Shown: positions 50,453-61,254, counted from the first letter of the stretch. The stretch is 64,000 bases of DNA from Candidatus Multivoradales bacterium (GCA_965223155.1 CBDCVR010000015.1:352001-416000), one strand, 5' to 3'. Notes: generated by a model not told the origin, from the letters alone. Numbers and translations: made by a program.

Positions 50453-52114
50453 CGGCGACTCGCCGGCCTCCGACCGCTTGAACAGGAGATAGCGGCGATG
50501 GCCCGGGAACTCCCGGAGCACCCGGTAGCCATACGTCCGCACCTCCGGATCGTGGCCGGCGAGGGTCAGCACAAGGTCCGGCCGGTACCGCTCGAGAACT
50601 TCGCCGAGCGGCGTGAAACGGACCCCGTCCAAATAGCGAAGACCGGGCGTGATCAGGCCCGCGCGGTCCACGATTCGTAGCGACGTCTCGTAGCCCAAGA
50701 CACCGATCGACGGATGGAGCAGGCTGGTTTCGGGACCATACCGGGCATCCAGCCAGTCCGCGATTCGGAAGAAGTCCTGGGTCGCGGGATCCAACCGGTA
50801 GCGGTGGCCGCTCGAGCGGTGCACGCCGACCAGCAGAGGAATGGTAATCAGGCTCAAGAGGACCGAAGCCGTGGCCCGTTGAACCGGGCCGCGAAGAGCG
50901 CCCCAGGAGCCGGTCCTCGCGGCCAACCGGGAGGAAACCGTCACCACCCCATGGACGCCGGCCGCGAGCACCAGCCAGAGGAACGGATTGAGGATGTAGT
51001 AGTGCCAGGTAAAGGCAGAGTCGGCTCCGATCCAGGCATAGGCCAGGAGGTGGACGAGCGGATAGGCGAGCACCACCACGAAGCGCCGATCCTTGCGCAG
51101 GAGAAGGACGACACCGGCCAGGGCGACCAGTCCCAACCACCAGGCCAAGACGTCCTGGCCGACGGGCGAATCGGTGAACCGGGCGAGGACGGCCTCGAGG
51201 GTGCGCTTGTAGTAGACGGCGACCCGATAGAGATAGGTCCCGGTGTCCAGGAAGCCCTGCTTGGCACGCAGTGTTTGGGGCGCCATCGAGCCGAAGTAGG
51301 ACTGCGCAAAGACCAGCCACGGCAGGGCGCAGGCCGTGAACGCCGCCGTCAGCTTCCCGGGCCACTTGCGCTCCTTGACCAGGAAGCCCAAGCCGATGAC
51401 GCCCGCCAGGATGGCGGCGTCAGGGCGCACCAAGAAGGCGATGCCCAGGACCCAACCCGCGGCAAGCTGACGATCCAGGAGAAACCACGAGCAGGCAAGA
51501 AGCGCCAGGAAGGCGAACAGGTGGACCTCCATTCCCAGATAGAGGTAGCTCGAGTTGTAGTTGCCGAGAGCCAGCGCGCCGGCCAAAGCTCCGGCCGCCC
51601 AGCCGCCGTGCCTGCGCGCCAGGAGCGCGACTACCAGAACCTCGAGTCCCAGGACGACGACGCCGGCAACATTGAGCCAAGACACCGCCGCGTCCCCGGC
51701 AACTCGAAGCAAGCCTGCGGCCAGGAAGGTCTGGCCCGGGGTGGTCACCCCGAGCACGCGCTCGCCCGGGTTGAAGACGAAGCCCGCGCCCTCGACCAGG
51801 TTGCGCGCGTAGCGCAGGACGATGAGCGAGTCTTCAAAGCGCAGGTGGACCGCGATATTGGACGCGATCCGCACCAGAAAGGGCAACACCGCGGCGAGAA
51901 CCAGAATCCCGAAGAGGGAATCCCTCCCAAGCCCGAGCGGCCGGTTCCGCCCGTCCAGCCGGTTCCCCGACAGGCTTCCCGGAAGGTTTCTCCGGCGTCT
52001 CCAAGCAGGCTCTGAATCGTCGCCCGGACCCCGGTCCGCCGAGCCGATCTCTCGACCGATTCCGGCGCGCGATTCCCGTCCGTTCGAGCTCTTCGATAGC
52101 GGCATCAGGCCCAT
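50402..52114 (-). CDS. Polytopic membrane GT-C-like glycosyltransferase
   Basis: EDSLIVLRYARNLVEG.G.VFNPGERVLG.T, GME, RPD; many TM helices; the true start is probably further 3'. Confidence 0.75.
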   Translation of the reverse strand: MGLMPLSKSSNGRESRAGIGREIGSADRGPGDDSEPAWRRRRNLPGSLSGNRLDGRNRPLGLGRDSLFGILVLAAVLPFLVRIASNIAVHLRFEDSLIVLRYARNLVEGAGFVFNPGERVLGVTTPGQTFLAAGLLRVAGDAAVSWLNVAGVVVLGLEVLVVALLARRHGGWAAGALAGALALGNYNSSYLYLGMEVHLFAFLALLACSWFLLDRQLAAGWVLGIAFLVRPDAAILAGVIGLGFLVKERKWPGKLTAAFTACALPWLVFAQSYFGSMAPQTLRAKQGFLDTGTYLYRVAVYYKRTLEAVLARFTDSPVGQDVLAWWLGLVALAGVVLLLRKDRRFVVVLAYPLVHLLAYAWIGADSAFTWHYYILNPFLWLVLAAGVHGVVTVSSRLAARTGSWGALRGPVQRATASVLLSLITIPLLVGVHRSSGHRYRLDPATQDFFRIADWLDARYGPETSLLHPSIGVLGYETSLRIVDRAGLITPGLRYLDGVRFTPLGEVLERYRPDLVLTLAGHDPEVRTYGYRVLREFPGHRRYLLFKRSEAGESPSDLIEAGVDGGKLVRP

Positions 52115-52137
52115 CCCGCCGATGCTACGATTCTCGA

Positions 52138-53262
52138 ATGCCCCGGCCGCTGACGGTCCTTCTCGACGTCACCTCTCGCTGCAATCTGAAGTGCGTGATG
52201 TGCTATTTCTCGGCCGTCGATCGCCTGTCCTTCCCGCCCGCCGATCGCCCCATGGACCGGAACGGCGACATGTCCGTCGCGACCTTCGAGCGCATCGCGG
52301 CCGATCTCTTTCCGCGCGCGCGCAGGGCCTCGTTGGGCTGCACCGCCGAGCCCCTGATTCATCCCGACTTCGCCGAGCTGGTCGCTTGCGCGGGCCGGCA
52401 CCACGTTCCGGATCTCTGGTTCCCGACCAACCTGCTGCCGCTTACCGAAGCAAAAGCCCGGGCCATCGTCAGGGCGCGAGTGCGCACGGTCGGCGTGTCC
52501 GCGGACGGTTTCACGGCCGAAACCTACGAGACGATCCGCGTGGGGTCAACGTGGACCGGCTTTGTGGAGCGATTGGAGCTGCTGCGAGAGGTCTCGGCGA
52601 AGAGCCGAACGCTCGGCGGCCGGGCGCCGAGACTGCGCTTCATCTTCACCTGGATGCGCTCGAACCGGGACCAGCTCCGTCTCCTGCCCGAGTTTGCCGA
52701 ACGGCACGGCGCCGGCGAGATCGACGTCCGCTATGTCTGCCCGACCGTGGGCGTCGACAACAGCGGCGAGCTCCTGACCGACGAGGACCCCGTCGAGCTG
52801 AATGGGGAGCTCGCCGCCACCGCCCGCGAGGCGGTCGCCCGCGGCCTGACCTTGAGCTCCTACCCGGAGTTCGAAGACTCCGCATCTGGCAACCGAACCC
52901 TGGGCGGCCGCGTCCGGCGCCGCCTCTTCCGGCTTCGGGCCGGACTCGACCGGCCGGAGTACTGGCGTCATCGAAGACTCGAGCGCCGCCACGGTTGTGC
53001 CTACCCGGGCACGACCTTCGTCGTGCGCCCGAACGGCGCCGTATTTCCCTGTCAGTACTGGCGAGACGGCCCGATCGGCCTGGTCCCGGACTCCGATCTC
53101 GAGGGGCTGATGCGCTCCGAGCCGCTGGTGCGGATCCGCGACGGGCTGGCGCGAGGCCGACCGGTCGGAAGCTGTAGCAATTGCAACGCCCGCCGCGACG
53201 CGTTCTACCGGCCGTTCACCAGTCCCGAGCCAAACCCGGCGTCGAGCTCGAACCGAGGCTAG
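52138..53262 (+). CDS. Radical SAM protein with SPASM/twitch domain
   Basis: CNLKCVMC; C-terminal C..P...PNGAVFPC...CSNC. Confidence 0.9.
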   Translation: MPRPLTVLLDVTSRCNLKCVMCYFSAVDRLSFPPADRPMDRNGDMSVATFERIAADLFPRARRASLGCTAEPLIHPDFAELVACAGRHHVPDLWFPTNLLPLTEAKARAIVRARVRTVGVSADGFTAETYETIRVGSTWTGFVERLELLREVSAKSRTLGGRAPRLRFIFTWMRSNRDQLRLLPEFAERHGAGEIDVRYVCPTVGVDNSGELLTDEDPVELNGELAATAREAVARGLTLSSYPEFEDSASGNRTLGGRVRRRLFRLRAGLDRPEYWRHRRLERRHGCAYPGTTFVVRPNGAVFPCQYWRDGPIGLVPDSDLEGLMRSEPLVRIRDGLARGRPVGSCSNCNARRDAFYRPFTSPEPNPASSSNRG

Positions 53263-54449
53263 GGCTCGAGCGCCGCCAGTAGATCGGAGCACACGGCCTC
53301 CGGAGCCACTCGCGGACGCCACTGTTCGGCAATGCGGCGGGCGTCGCGCCGGCCGGACCGCCACGCGGCGAGCTCCGCCTCCAGAGCACGAGCCAGGCTC
53401 CCCGGCCGCCGGGCGGGTGCGATCGTCCCAAAGCCCTGCCGGCCGCACCAGTCGGCAAGGCAAGGCAACGCCGGTCCGACCAGCGATGCCCCCATGGCCA
53501 AGGCTTCGAAGCCGACGTGTGGGCTCCCCTCCCGACGCGAAGAGACCAGGACGGTGCGGCAAGCCGCCAGCTCCGGGGCCAGCTCGGTCGCGCCGGTGGG
53601 GCCCCGAAACGACACTCGGGAGTCCTCGCGCGCCAGGCGCTCGATCGCCGGGTGCGGGGTTCCGAAGACGACGGCTTTGGTTCCGCACGGGTCGCGTGCC
53701 AGAAACCGGCGCAGAGCTCCCGCCAGAAGCGGAGCGTCCTTTTGCGGGTCGTGCCAGCGGCCCACCGCGGCCACCCGGTCGGCCTTGGCTTCGGGAACCG
53801 GCGTGACGAGAAACGGCTGGGCCACTGCGAACGGCACGATCCGGACCCGCCGGTCCAGGTCCAACCTGCCGTATGAGGACAAGAAGCGCGAGAACTCGCG
53901 GGCGGCGCCGGCGTTACCCAGGATGATGGCGTCGGACTCGGCCGCGCTGGCGAGGTATTCCCGATCGTCCGGCGCTCCGCGCAAACTCTCGATGGCCCAG
54001 CGCCTGAGCCAGGCGGCAAAGCGGCGAGCCTTCGTCGGTATCGAACCGACGTCCAAAGATCGCTCGAGCGTCGCCAGCGGATGGCTGCGGAGCCCGATCC
54101 TGCCGTCGGAATCAGCAATCGAGATCGTGCGCGCCCCGCCCCGCCGGGCCGCGGCCAGCATGCCCGACATCCGGTGCCAGGTGACCGCCGCCACTACATC
54201 CACCCCGAGGTCACGCCAGTATCCGGGATTCTCGAGCGCCGCCGGCGACCTGACGCTCCGCACTGGCAGGCACTCGGTGCCGGACGAGGCGTCGGAGGTA
54301 GGCGAGCCCGCGGCAGAGGCCTCCGAACAGACGATCCAAGGCTCCCACCCGAGGGCCCGGAAGCCCTCGACGTAGCGCTCGAACCGAAACGAGCACTGGC
54401 TCAGAGTCGACGGATGATTCCAGACGATCGCGATCCGCGGTTGCGTCAT
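53259..54449 (-). CDS. Glycosyltransferase family 4
   Basis: VGRWHDPQKD, SSRREGSPHVGFEALAMG; ATGA-coupled to the upstream gene. Confidence 0.85.
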   Translation of the reverse strand: MTQPRIAIVWNHPSTLSQCSFRFERYVEGFRALGWEPWIVCSEASAAGSPTSDASSGTECLPVRSVRSPAALENPGYWRDLGVDVVAAVTWHRMSGMLAAARRGGARTISIADSDGRIGLRSHPLATLERSLDVGSIPTKARRFAAWLRRWAIESLRGAPDDREYLASAAESDAIILGNAGAAREFSRFLSSYGRLDLDRRVRIVPFAVAQPFLVTPVPEAKADRVAAVGRWHDPQKDAPLLAGALRRFLARDPCGTKAVVFGTPHPAIERLAREDSRVSFRGPTGATELAPELAACRTVLVSSRREGSPHVGFEALAMGASLVGPALPCLADWCGRQGFGTIAPARRPGSLARALEAELAAWRSGRRDARRIAEQWRPRVAPEAVCSDLLAALEP

Positions 54450-55462
54450 CGGGAAGCTGGCCCCGGCGCGGCTGGCGGCGCATGGGAACGGACGAGATCG
54501 GCCGGCAGCCGCCAAGACGAAACGGCACCCACGAGAACCGAGGCGAGCCCGCGCACGGCCTCGGCGCGATCCGGAGCCCGGCTCGGCTTCTTGAGCGGCA
54601 CCAGCATGATGCGCCCGGCCGCGGCCGCCGTCAGAACCGCTCGAAGCAGTCCAGCCAGCCACGCGCCGAAGTGCTTCCTCGCGTACCGATCCAAGTTGCG
54701 GTAGTAGATCCACAGGAACGATCCGTAGCCGAGCGGCCCCACCGAAGCGCCCAGCTCGTGAAGGAACTCGCTTTCCGGCCAGTAGACGAGCTCCCGGCCG
54801 GCGTCTCGCATCCGTCGCGCCAGATCCACGTCACCGAACCAGGCGGGATAGAAGGAAGGATCCATGCCGCCGAGCCGTTCGAGATCGCGCCGGCGGAGCG
54901 CCAGGGCCGAAGCCGCCGGCTGCTCGACCGGACTCCCCGCTTGAGGCTCGCGCGCGTCCCCGCCCCACGGCACGAACAGGCACTGGCGCAGCAAGTCGCC
55001 GGCCGTGGGCAACCGGCGGAGCTGCCAGGCGGACTGGCAGGAACCGTCCCTCGCCAGAAGCCGCGGTGCCACGCCGGCCGCATCCGGGTGACGCTCGAGG
55101 CCCTCGAGAAGCGCCGGCAGCGACCGGGGCGAGGCCGGCCAGGCGTCGGGGTTGAGCAGCAGGACAACCGGGGCGGTCACGGTGGTGAGCGCGTAGTTGA
55201 CCGCTCCGCCGAAGCCCAGGTTGGCGCCGGGATCGAGAGTTCGGCCAGGGCCCGGCGGCAGGCTGCCGCTCGACCCGTTGTCGACGATCACGAGCTCCCA
55301 GCGGGTGTCCTCCGGCCAGTGCTCGAAAAGACGGGCCAGCTGCGCCTCGTTGTGCCAGTGGACGACCAGCCCGCAAAGCTCGGGCGGATCGCGACGTTCG
55401 GCCGCCGGTTCCGGCCTGATGGCGCTGGCCTCGAGGTCGGACGCGCGGCGTTCGTCGGTCAT
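54446..55462 (-). CDS. Glycosyltransferase family 2 (WbbL-like)
   Basis: IVDNGS, NLGFGGAVN, LLNPD, WFGDVDL. Confidence 0.88.
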   Translation of the reverse strand: MTDERRASDLEASAIRPEPAAERRDPPELCGLVVHWHNEAQLARLFEHWPEDTRWELVIVDNGSSGSLPPGPGRTLDPGANLGFGGAVNYALTTVTAPVVLLLNPDAWPASPRSLPALLEGLERHPDAAGVAPRLLARDGSCQSAWQLRRLPTAGDLLRQCLFVPWGGDAREPQAGSPVEQPAASALALRRRDLERLGGMDPSFYPAWFGDVDLARRMRDAGRELVYWPESEFLHELGASVGPLGYGSFLWIYYRNLDRYARKHFGAWLAGLLRAVLTAAAAGRIMLVPLKKPSRAPDRAEAVRGLASVLVGAVSSWRLPADLVRSHAPPAAPGPASR

Positions 55463-55537
55463 CGAAGGGCCCCGGCGGCGGCGGGCAGCGTTCGATCGGC
55501 CCCGACCCCGCGGCTGTTAAAGTTAGCATTCCTTTTC

Positions 55538-55565
55538 GCAGCCGGCAGCCGGCAGCCGGCAGCCG
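55538..55565. repeat. Heptamer tandem repeat (GCAGCCG)x4 in a divergent intergenic region
   Basis: Four exact copies read directly from the sequence. Confidence 0.85.
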
Positions 55566-55600
55566 CCGGTAGCCACACTCGATCTTGTCGAAATCCAGGC

Positions 55601-56473
55601 TTGTCGCAATTTAGGATCAGCTCGCCCGGCCGCTCGCAGAGTCCGACGGCCGAACCTTCCACGTCGGTCTACGATTCGCTTGGGCGCCGCAGCCCGTTCT
55701 TCGAAGAGCTCGAGGAGCTGGTCCGCTACTGGGACCTGGTTCAGCTCTGGACCCGACGCAATCTGAATCTGCGCTACAAGCGCTCGGTGCTTGGCGTCCT
55801 CTGGACGCTGCTCGAGCCGCTGATGCAGATGACTATTCTCGCGATCGTCTTCTCGACCGCGTTTCGCTTCCCGGTCTCCAAGTTCCCGATCTATCTGCTG
55901 TCGGGACTCCTCGCTTTCGATTTCTTCAAGCGCTCGACGGTCCAGATCATCGACGAGATCGCCATCAACCAGGATCTCAGCCAAAAGATCCACTTTCCCA
56001 GGAGCGCCTTTGCGGTGGCAGCGATCCTGACCCAATGGACCAACTGGCTGGTCGCCATGGGTCTGCTTGGCGGCCTCATGCTGATTTTCGATCAGCCGTT
56101 TACTCCGGCTCTCCTGACCGTCCCGTTCGGAATGCTTCTGACCGGCCTCTTCGCCTTCGGCGTGGGGCTGATCGTGGCCACCCTGACCGCGTTCTTTCGC
56201 GACTTCAGCCTCTCCTACAACGTGCTCCTGACGGCGTTTCTCTACGCCACGCCGATCATCTACCCGGTCGAGATCGTGCCCGAGCGCTTCTCCTTCGTCT
56301 ACGAGCTGAATCCGATGTACTACCTCTGCAGCGTCGTCCGCTCGCCGATCCATCAGGGCGTCGTGGCGCCCTGGGAGCACTGGGCGATTGCGTTGGCGCT
56401 CTCGGTCTCATTGTGCCTGTTGGGTTGGTGGATCTTTACCAGCCGGAGGGATCTCATTGCCTACCGCGCCTGA
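55601..56473 (+). CDS. wzm: ABC-2 glycan export permease (Wzm/RfbA-type)
   Basis: RYKRSVLGVLWTLLEPL, FFRD, YATPIIYP, LNPM; start approximate. Confidence 0.9.
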   Translation: MSQFRISSPGRSQSPTAEPSTSVYDSLGRRSPFFEELEELVRYWDLVQLWTRRNLNLRYKRSVLGVLWTLLEPLMQMTILAIVFSTAFRFPVSKFPIYLLSGLLAFDFFKRSTVQIIDEIAINQDLSQKIHFPRSAFAVAAILTQWTNWLVAMGLLGGLMLIFDQPFTPALLTVPFGMLLTGLFAFGVGLIVATLTAFFRDFSLSYNVLLTAFLYATPIIYPVEIVPERFSFVYELNPMYYLCSVVRSPIHQGVVAPWEHWAIALALSVSLCLLGWWIFTSRRDLIAYRA

Positions 56474-57221
56474 GCTCCAACCCGCCGCCGAGGGCGCGAG
56501 CATCGAGCTTTCGAACGTAGGCGTCAGCTTTCCCGAGCCCACCGAGCGGATCGGGAGCTTCAAGGAGTGGGCTCTGGCCCGGCTTCGCGGGCCGGTGGCG
56601 AAGCGGGAGTTTCCGGCCGTCGATGACGTCAGCTTGACCGTCGAGCGAGGCGAGGTCTTCGGCATCGTCGGCCGCAACGGCGCCGGCAAGAGCACCTTGC
56701 TCAAGGTCATCGCGCGGGTGCTCCATCCGGGCCGGGGACGGGTCGTCATCCGGGGACAGGTCTCGCCGCTCCTGGAGCTGGGCGCCGGCTTTCACGCCGA
56801 GCTCTCCGGGCGCGAGAACGTGTTTCTGAACGGCGCTATCTTGGGCCACTCGCGCGAAGACATCGCCGAGCGCTTCGACGAGATCGTCGAGTGGGCCGGC
56901 ATCGCCCGCTTCATCGACTCACCCCTGCGCACCTATTCGAGCGGCATGGCCGCGCGCCTGGGGTTCTCGATGGCCACCGCCCACCGGCCCGACGTCCTCC
57001 TCTTGGACGAACATCTGTCGGTGGGCGACACCGAGTTCCAGGACCGCTGCAAAGAGCGGCTGCGCGAGTTCAACGAGCAGGGGACGACCGTGGTGGTAGT
57101 CTCTCATTCGCTCCGGACCGTCTCCGAGCTCTGCTCGCGCGCGGCCTGGCTCGAGCATGGCCGCCTGGAGTTCCTCGGGCCCACCGAGAAAGCCCTCGAG
57201 AGATACCTTGAGGGCACCTGA
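56457..57221 (+). CDS. wzt: ABC glycan export ATP-binding protein (Wzt-type, no C-terminal domain)
   Basis: [34 protein letters not shown]; TTG start after GGAGGG. Confidence 0.92.
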   Translation: MPTAPELQPAAEGASIELSNVGVSFPEPTERIGSFKEWALARLRGPVAKREFPAVDDVSLTVERGEVFGIVGRNGAGKSTLLKVIARVLHPGRGRVVIRGQVSPLLELGAGFHAELSGRENVFLNGAILGHSREDIAERFDEIVEWAGIARFIDSPLRTYSSGMAARLGFSMATAHRPDVLLLDEHLSVGDTEFQDRCKERLREFNEQGTTVVVVSHSLRTVSELCSRAAWLEHGRLEFLGPTEKALERYLEGT

Positions 57222-57297
57222 TAGGGAGGTTCCGAGTCGAACTTCGGCCGCGAGGCGGACTCGCTTGACGGAAGGGCAAGCTAGACTCAAGAGTCTT

Positions 57298-58194
57298 GTG
57301 AGCATTCGTCGCAAAGGAATCTTGCTCTCCGGAGGCGCCGGCACCCGACTCTATCCGGTCACCATCGCGCTCAGCAAGCAGCTTGTGCCGGTGTACGACA
57401 AGCCGATGGTGTACTACCCGCTGTCGACGCTCATGCTCGCCGGCATTCGCGAGATTCTGGTCATCACCACGCGACGAGACCATTCCGCCTACGTTTCGCT
57501 TCTGGGCGACGGCTCGCAGTGGGGCCTCGAGCTCGAGTACGCGATCCAGGACGAGCCTCGGGGCATTGCCGAAGCTTTCTTGATCGGCGAGTCGTTTCTG
57601 GGCTCGGACCCGGTGGCGCTGATCCTCGGCGACAACATCTTCTACGCTCGCGGCCTGGCAAAGAAGCTCCAGACCGCCGCCCAGAACACGAACGGCGCCA
57701 CGGTTTTCGGTTACTACGTCCGGGATCCGGAACGTTATGGGGTCGTGAGCTTCGACGACGCCGGCCGGGTGACCAAGATCGAGGAGAAACCGCAAGACCC
57801 AGAGTCGCACTACGCGGTAACCGGCCTCTATTTCTACGATTCCGACGTCGTGGACATCGCCCGCGGCCTCGAGCCCTCGTCCAGAGAGGAGCTCGAGATC
57901 ACCGACGTCAATCGACGCTACCTGGAACGAGGAACCCTATCGGTCGAGATTCTGGGCCGGGGCACGGCCTGGCTCGACACCGGCACGCACCACTCGCTCC
58001 TCGACGCCGCCAACTTCGTACGCGTCATCGAAGAGCGCCAGGGCCTCAAGATCGCCTGTCCCGAGGAGATCGCCTACCGCCTCGATCTCATCGACGCCGG
58101 CGCGCTCGAAGAGCTCGCCGCCCGTTACGGCGACTCGGAATACGGCCGCTACCTTCGAGGCGTGCTCGAAGAGGGCACCCGTCCCGGTACCTAG
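57298..58194 (+). CDS. rfbA: Glucose-1-phosphate thymidylyltransferase
   Basis: [54 protein letters not shown]. Confidence 0.97.
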   Translation: MSIRRKGILLSGGAGTRLYPVTIALSKQLVPVYDKPMVYYPLSTLMLAGIREILVITTRRDHSAYVSLLGDGSQWGLELEYAIQDEPRGIAEAFLIGESFLGSDPVALILGDNIFYARGLAKKLQTAAQNTNGATVFGYYVRDPERYGVVSFDDAGRVTKIEEKPQDPESHYAVTGLYFYDSDVVDIARGLEPSSREELEITDVNRRYLERGTLSVEILGRGTAWLDTGTHHSLLDAANFVRVIEERQGLKIACPEEIAYRLDLIDAGALEELAARYGDSEYGRYLRGVLEEGTRPGT

Positions 58195-58214
58195 CAGCCC
58201 TCGGCCGGCTCCCT

Positions 58215-59084
58215 ATGACGACCACCGCGAACACGGGGCGCGGGAACGAAGCGCCGGCAGCGACTCAGCAGGACGGTTCGAGCCGGCCCGAGAGCCCCAC
58301 GCCGCCAAAGGTGACGCTCCTGGGCGTGGACGTGGCCGCCGTCAATCGCACCGAGGCCCTGGCCTGGATTGCGAGGAGCATCGACGCCCGGGAGCGCTCC
58401 TATGTCTGCCTGGTCCCGGCCCACTCGCTGATGGACGCTCGATCCGACGGGGTCTTCCGCGAAGTCCTCAACCGAGCGGGCCTCGCCCTCGCCGATGGAC
58501 AGGGAGTCGCTTGGCCTGCCGGCTGGCTCGCCGGCACCGGTACCGAGCGCGTCTACGGCCCCGATCTGGTCCTCGACTGCTGCCGGCACGGCGTCGGCAA
58601 CGGCTGGCGGCATTTCTTCTACGGCGGGCTTCCGGGCGTGGCGGACTCGTTGGCCGAACGCTTGGCTTCAGTCGCTCCGGGTCTGGCCGTGGCCGGCACC
58701 CGGACGCCCGGCAAACTGGATCGGGGTCGGCGAGAAGAACGCGAGGCCCTTGACCGCATCAACGACACGCGGCCGGACATCGTCTGGGTCGGCCTGGGCG
58801 CCCCCAAGCAAGAGCTTTGGATGGCCGAGCACCGCGCGCACCTAGAGGCGCCGCTCTTGATCGGAGTTGGCGCCGCCTTCGACTTTTTGACCGGACGCAA
58901 GCCCCAGGCGCCCCGCTGGGTCCAGCGGGCCGGCGGCGAGTGGCTGTTCCGCTTCGCCTCGGAGCCGATCCGCCTGTGGCCACGGTACTCCCAGTACCCG
59001 CTCTATGCGGCGCTGGTTCTCAGGCGGCTGGCCGGCTCGGCCTGCGCCGGAGGCGGGCGACGGACTCCTGATCGTCACGCCTGA
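58215..59084 (+). CDS. WecB/TagA/CpsF-family glycosyltransferase (GT26)
   Basis: ADGQGV, RVYGPDL, PDIVWVGLGAPKQE, GVGAAFDF, EWLFR..EP.RLW.RY. Confidence 0.93.
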   Translation: MTTTANTGRGNEAPAATQQDGSSRPESPTPPKVTLLGVDVAAVNRTEALAWIARSIDARERSYVCLVPAHSLMDARSDGVFREVLNRAGLALADGQGVAWPAGWLAGTGTERVYGPDLVLDCCRHGVGNGWRHFFYGGLPGVADSLAERLASVAPGLAVAGTRTPGKLDRGRREEREALDRINDTRPDIVWVGLGAPKQELWMAEHRAHLEAPLLIGVGAAFDFLTGRKPQAPRWVQRAGGEWLFRFASEPIRLWPRYSQYPLYAALVLRRLAGSACAGGGRRTPDRHA

Positions 59085-59148
59085 GCCGTGCCGAACGAGC
59101 GGCCTCGGGACTCACGGCTTCCCGGCCGCAGGCCGGCATGGACTCCGC

Positions 59149-60618
59149 CTAGCGACCGCTGCCGGACAGCACCTCCAGCACCGTCCGGCCCAGCAAATAG
59201 AGGTCCAGCCAGATCGACCAGTTGCGAATGTAGTAGCCGTCGTTGACTTCCTGCACCTCGGGATCGCCGTCGAACCGGGACATAACCTGCCACATGCCGG
59301 TCATGCCCGGCCGCACCGAGCGCCGCAGATCCAGGTGCTCTTGCGAATAGCCGGCGAGATGATAGGCCGGCAGGGGCCTCGGGCCCACGAGACTCATCTC
59401 ACCGCGCACGACGTTCCAGAGCTGAGGCAATTCGTCGATGCTGAACCGGCGGAGCACCGAGCCCACCACCGGCACCAGCCGGGGATCGCGCTCGAGCTTG
59501 AAGCGCCGGCGCCACTCCGAGCGAGCCGCCGCTGAGGCGGCCAGATGCTCTTCCAGAATCTGTTCGGCGTCTGGAACCATGGTGCGAAGCTTCCAAACGC
59601 GAACCGCCCGTCCCCCCTGGCCCTCTCGCTCTTGAAGGTAGAATATCGGTCCCCGACTGAAGCAACGCACGGCAACTCCGGACACGGCCAGGACCGGCAC
59701 GGCCGGAAGCAACCCCAGGCTCCCCAGGACGAGGTCCACCGAACGCTTGGCGAGGCGGTTCCTTCGGCGCAACAGCTGGTTGCTGAACTCGAAGCCCAGG
59801 ACCCCCCCGAGATTTCTGGCGCGCACGCCATCGATCGGCATCTGCCGGGCGTCGCCGAGAGCGATAACCTGCCGGAACCTGCGCTGGAGGCCCGCCACGG
59901 TTGCCGGCCAGTCGGGCTCATCCAGTGTGACGACGGCGACCCGGACACCCTTCTCCGCCCAGGGCCGCATCCGCGACGCCAGGGCGCCGGCGTCCTCACC
60001 CGGCTCCGGGCGGAGCACGGCCAGCGGCCGGTAGCCCAGGGAATGAGCCGTCTTGAGAGCGTCTAGAGCGCGCTCGACCTGGGGGCCATCGCCGTAGACG
60101 ACCACCGGCTCACTCCACCAGGGCAGTCGCCGCAAGAGCTTGAGCACTAGAAATCGCACTGTGGGCTGGATCAGGAGGGCCGCGACCCAGGCGATGGCAA
60201 AGGTGACCCGCGAGTAGGGACTGGCGATCTTGAGCAGGAAGCTAGAAGCCGCCAGCACCGCGAAGACCAGGCTCGTACCCTGCCACGAGCGGCGCAAGGT
60301 CTCGACCGCTCCCAGGCCGAATCCCGGATAGAGGCCCCGTCCCCAGTAGCTGGCGACGAAGAGCCCGAGGATGGGCCAGAGCTCGAGATAGAGCTCGAGC
60401 CGCTGCTCCCGCACCGGCAGCGCCCACAAGACGTACGCCAAGAGGATTGCCACCGCCACCGAGACGGCGTCGAGGCCGCCGAGAAGCGCTACCCGCAGCG
60501 GCCGCCGGGCCGGAAAATCGGAAAACGTCGTGACCTCGGCCGGTTCCGGGCCCCCCGAACTTCGGGTGGCTTCCACGCGGTCTTCACGTACGCCCACGTC
60601 AGTCATCACTTTCCGCAA
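59149..60618 (-). CDS. Polyprenyl-phosphate sugar phosphotransferase (WbaP-like)
   Basis: KRSVD, KLRTMVPDA, FKLERDPR, SIDELPQLWNV, YYIRNWSIWLD. Confidence 0.92.
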   Translation of the reverse strand: MRKVMTDVGVREDRVEATRSSGGPEPAEVTTFSDFPARRPLRVALLGGLDAVSVAVAILLAYVLWALPVREQRLELYLELWPILGLFVASYWGRGLYPGFGLGAVETLRRSWQGTSLVFAVLAASSFLLKIASPYSRVTFAIAWVAALLIQPTVRFLVLKLLRRLPWWSEPVVVYGDGPQVERALDALKTAHSLGYRPLAVLRPEPGEDAGALASRMRPWAEKGVRVAVVTLDEPDWPATVAGLQRRFRQVIALGDARQMPIDGVRARNLGGVLGFEFSNQLLRRRNRLAKRSVDLVLGSLGLLPAVPVLAVSGVAVRCFSRGPIFYLQEREGQGGRAVRVWKLRTMVPDAEQILEEHLAASAAARSEWRRRFKLERDPRLVPVVGSVLRRFSIDELPQLWNVVRGEMSLVGPRPLPAYHLAGYSQEHLDLRRSVRPGMTGMWQVMSRFDGDPEVQEVNDGYYIRNWSIWLDLYLLGRTVLEVLSGSGR

Positions 60619-60708
60619 GTCCTGAGTAGCCTACCTTAGGGGCTTGCTGGCGCTTCCGGTCGATGTTGGCTAGCCTTGGCGTCGAACTGGCCGGATGGCG
60701 CCCTTCCA

Positions 60709-61254
60709 GTGCAAGTCCAAAGCACAGCGATTCTCGACGCTCTCGTGATCCGGCCCGAGGTCTATCCCGACGCTCGCGGCCAGTTTCTGGAAACTTGGAA
60801 CCAACGCCGCTTCGCCGAACACGGCCTGGACCTCGATTTCGTCCAGGACAATCACTCCCGTTCGACGCAAGGCACGGTGCGCGGGCTGCACTACCAGATC
60901 GGCCGGCCCCAGGGAAAGCTGGTGCGCGCGGCCTCCGGCCGGGTGTTCGACGTGGCAGTGGATCTTCGCCGCAGCTCCACGACGTTCGGTACTTGGATCG
61001 GCTACGAGCTGAGCGACGAGAACCGGCAGTCGCTTTGGATTCCTCCGGGCTGCGCCCACGGTTTCCTGGTGCTCACGGAAACTGCCGACTTCACCTACAA
61101 GTGTACGGACTTCTACGATCCCGAATCCGAGCGGACCCTGCTCTGGAACGATCCCACTCTCGCCATCGATTGGCCGACCGAGGGCCTCGAATTGAAGCTC
61201 TCGGCCAAGGACGCCGACGGCACGCCGTTCCGGCAGGCCGAGTGCTTTCCATGA
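60709..61254 (+). CDS. rfbC: dTDP-4-dehydrorhamnose 3,5-epimerase
   Basis: DARG.F.E, FVQDNHSRS, RGLHYQ, DVAVDLR, AHGF. Confidence 0.96.
   Translation: MQVQSTAILDALVIRPEVYPDARGQFLETWNQRRFAEHGLDLDFVQDNHSRSTQGTVRGLHYQIGRPQGKLVRAASGRVFDVAVDLRRSSTTFGTWIGYELSDENRQSLWIPPGCAHGFLVLTETADFTYKCTDFYDPESERTLLWNDPTLAIDWPTEGLELKLSAKDADGTPFRQAECFP

Noticed and set aside
54482-55600. Long N-terminal extension of Wzm (663-aa ORF)
   Set aside because: It is antisense to a clear GT2 gene; Wzm similarity starts near 55600-55700
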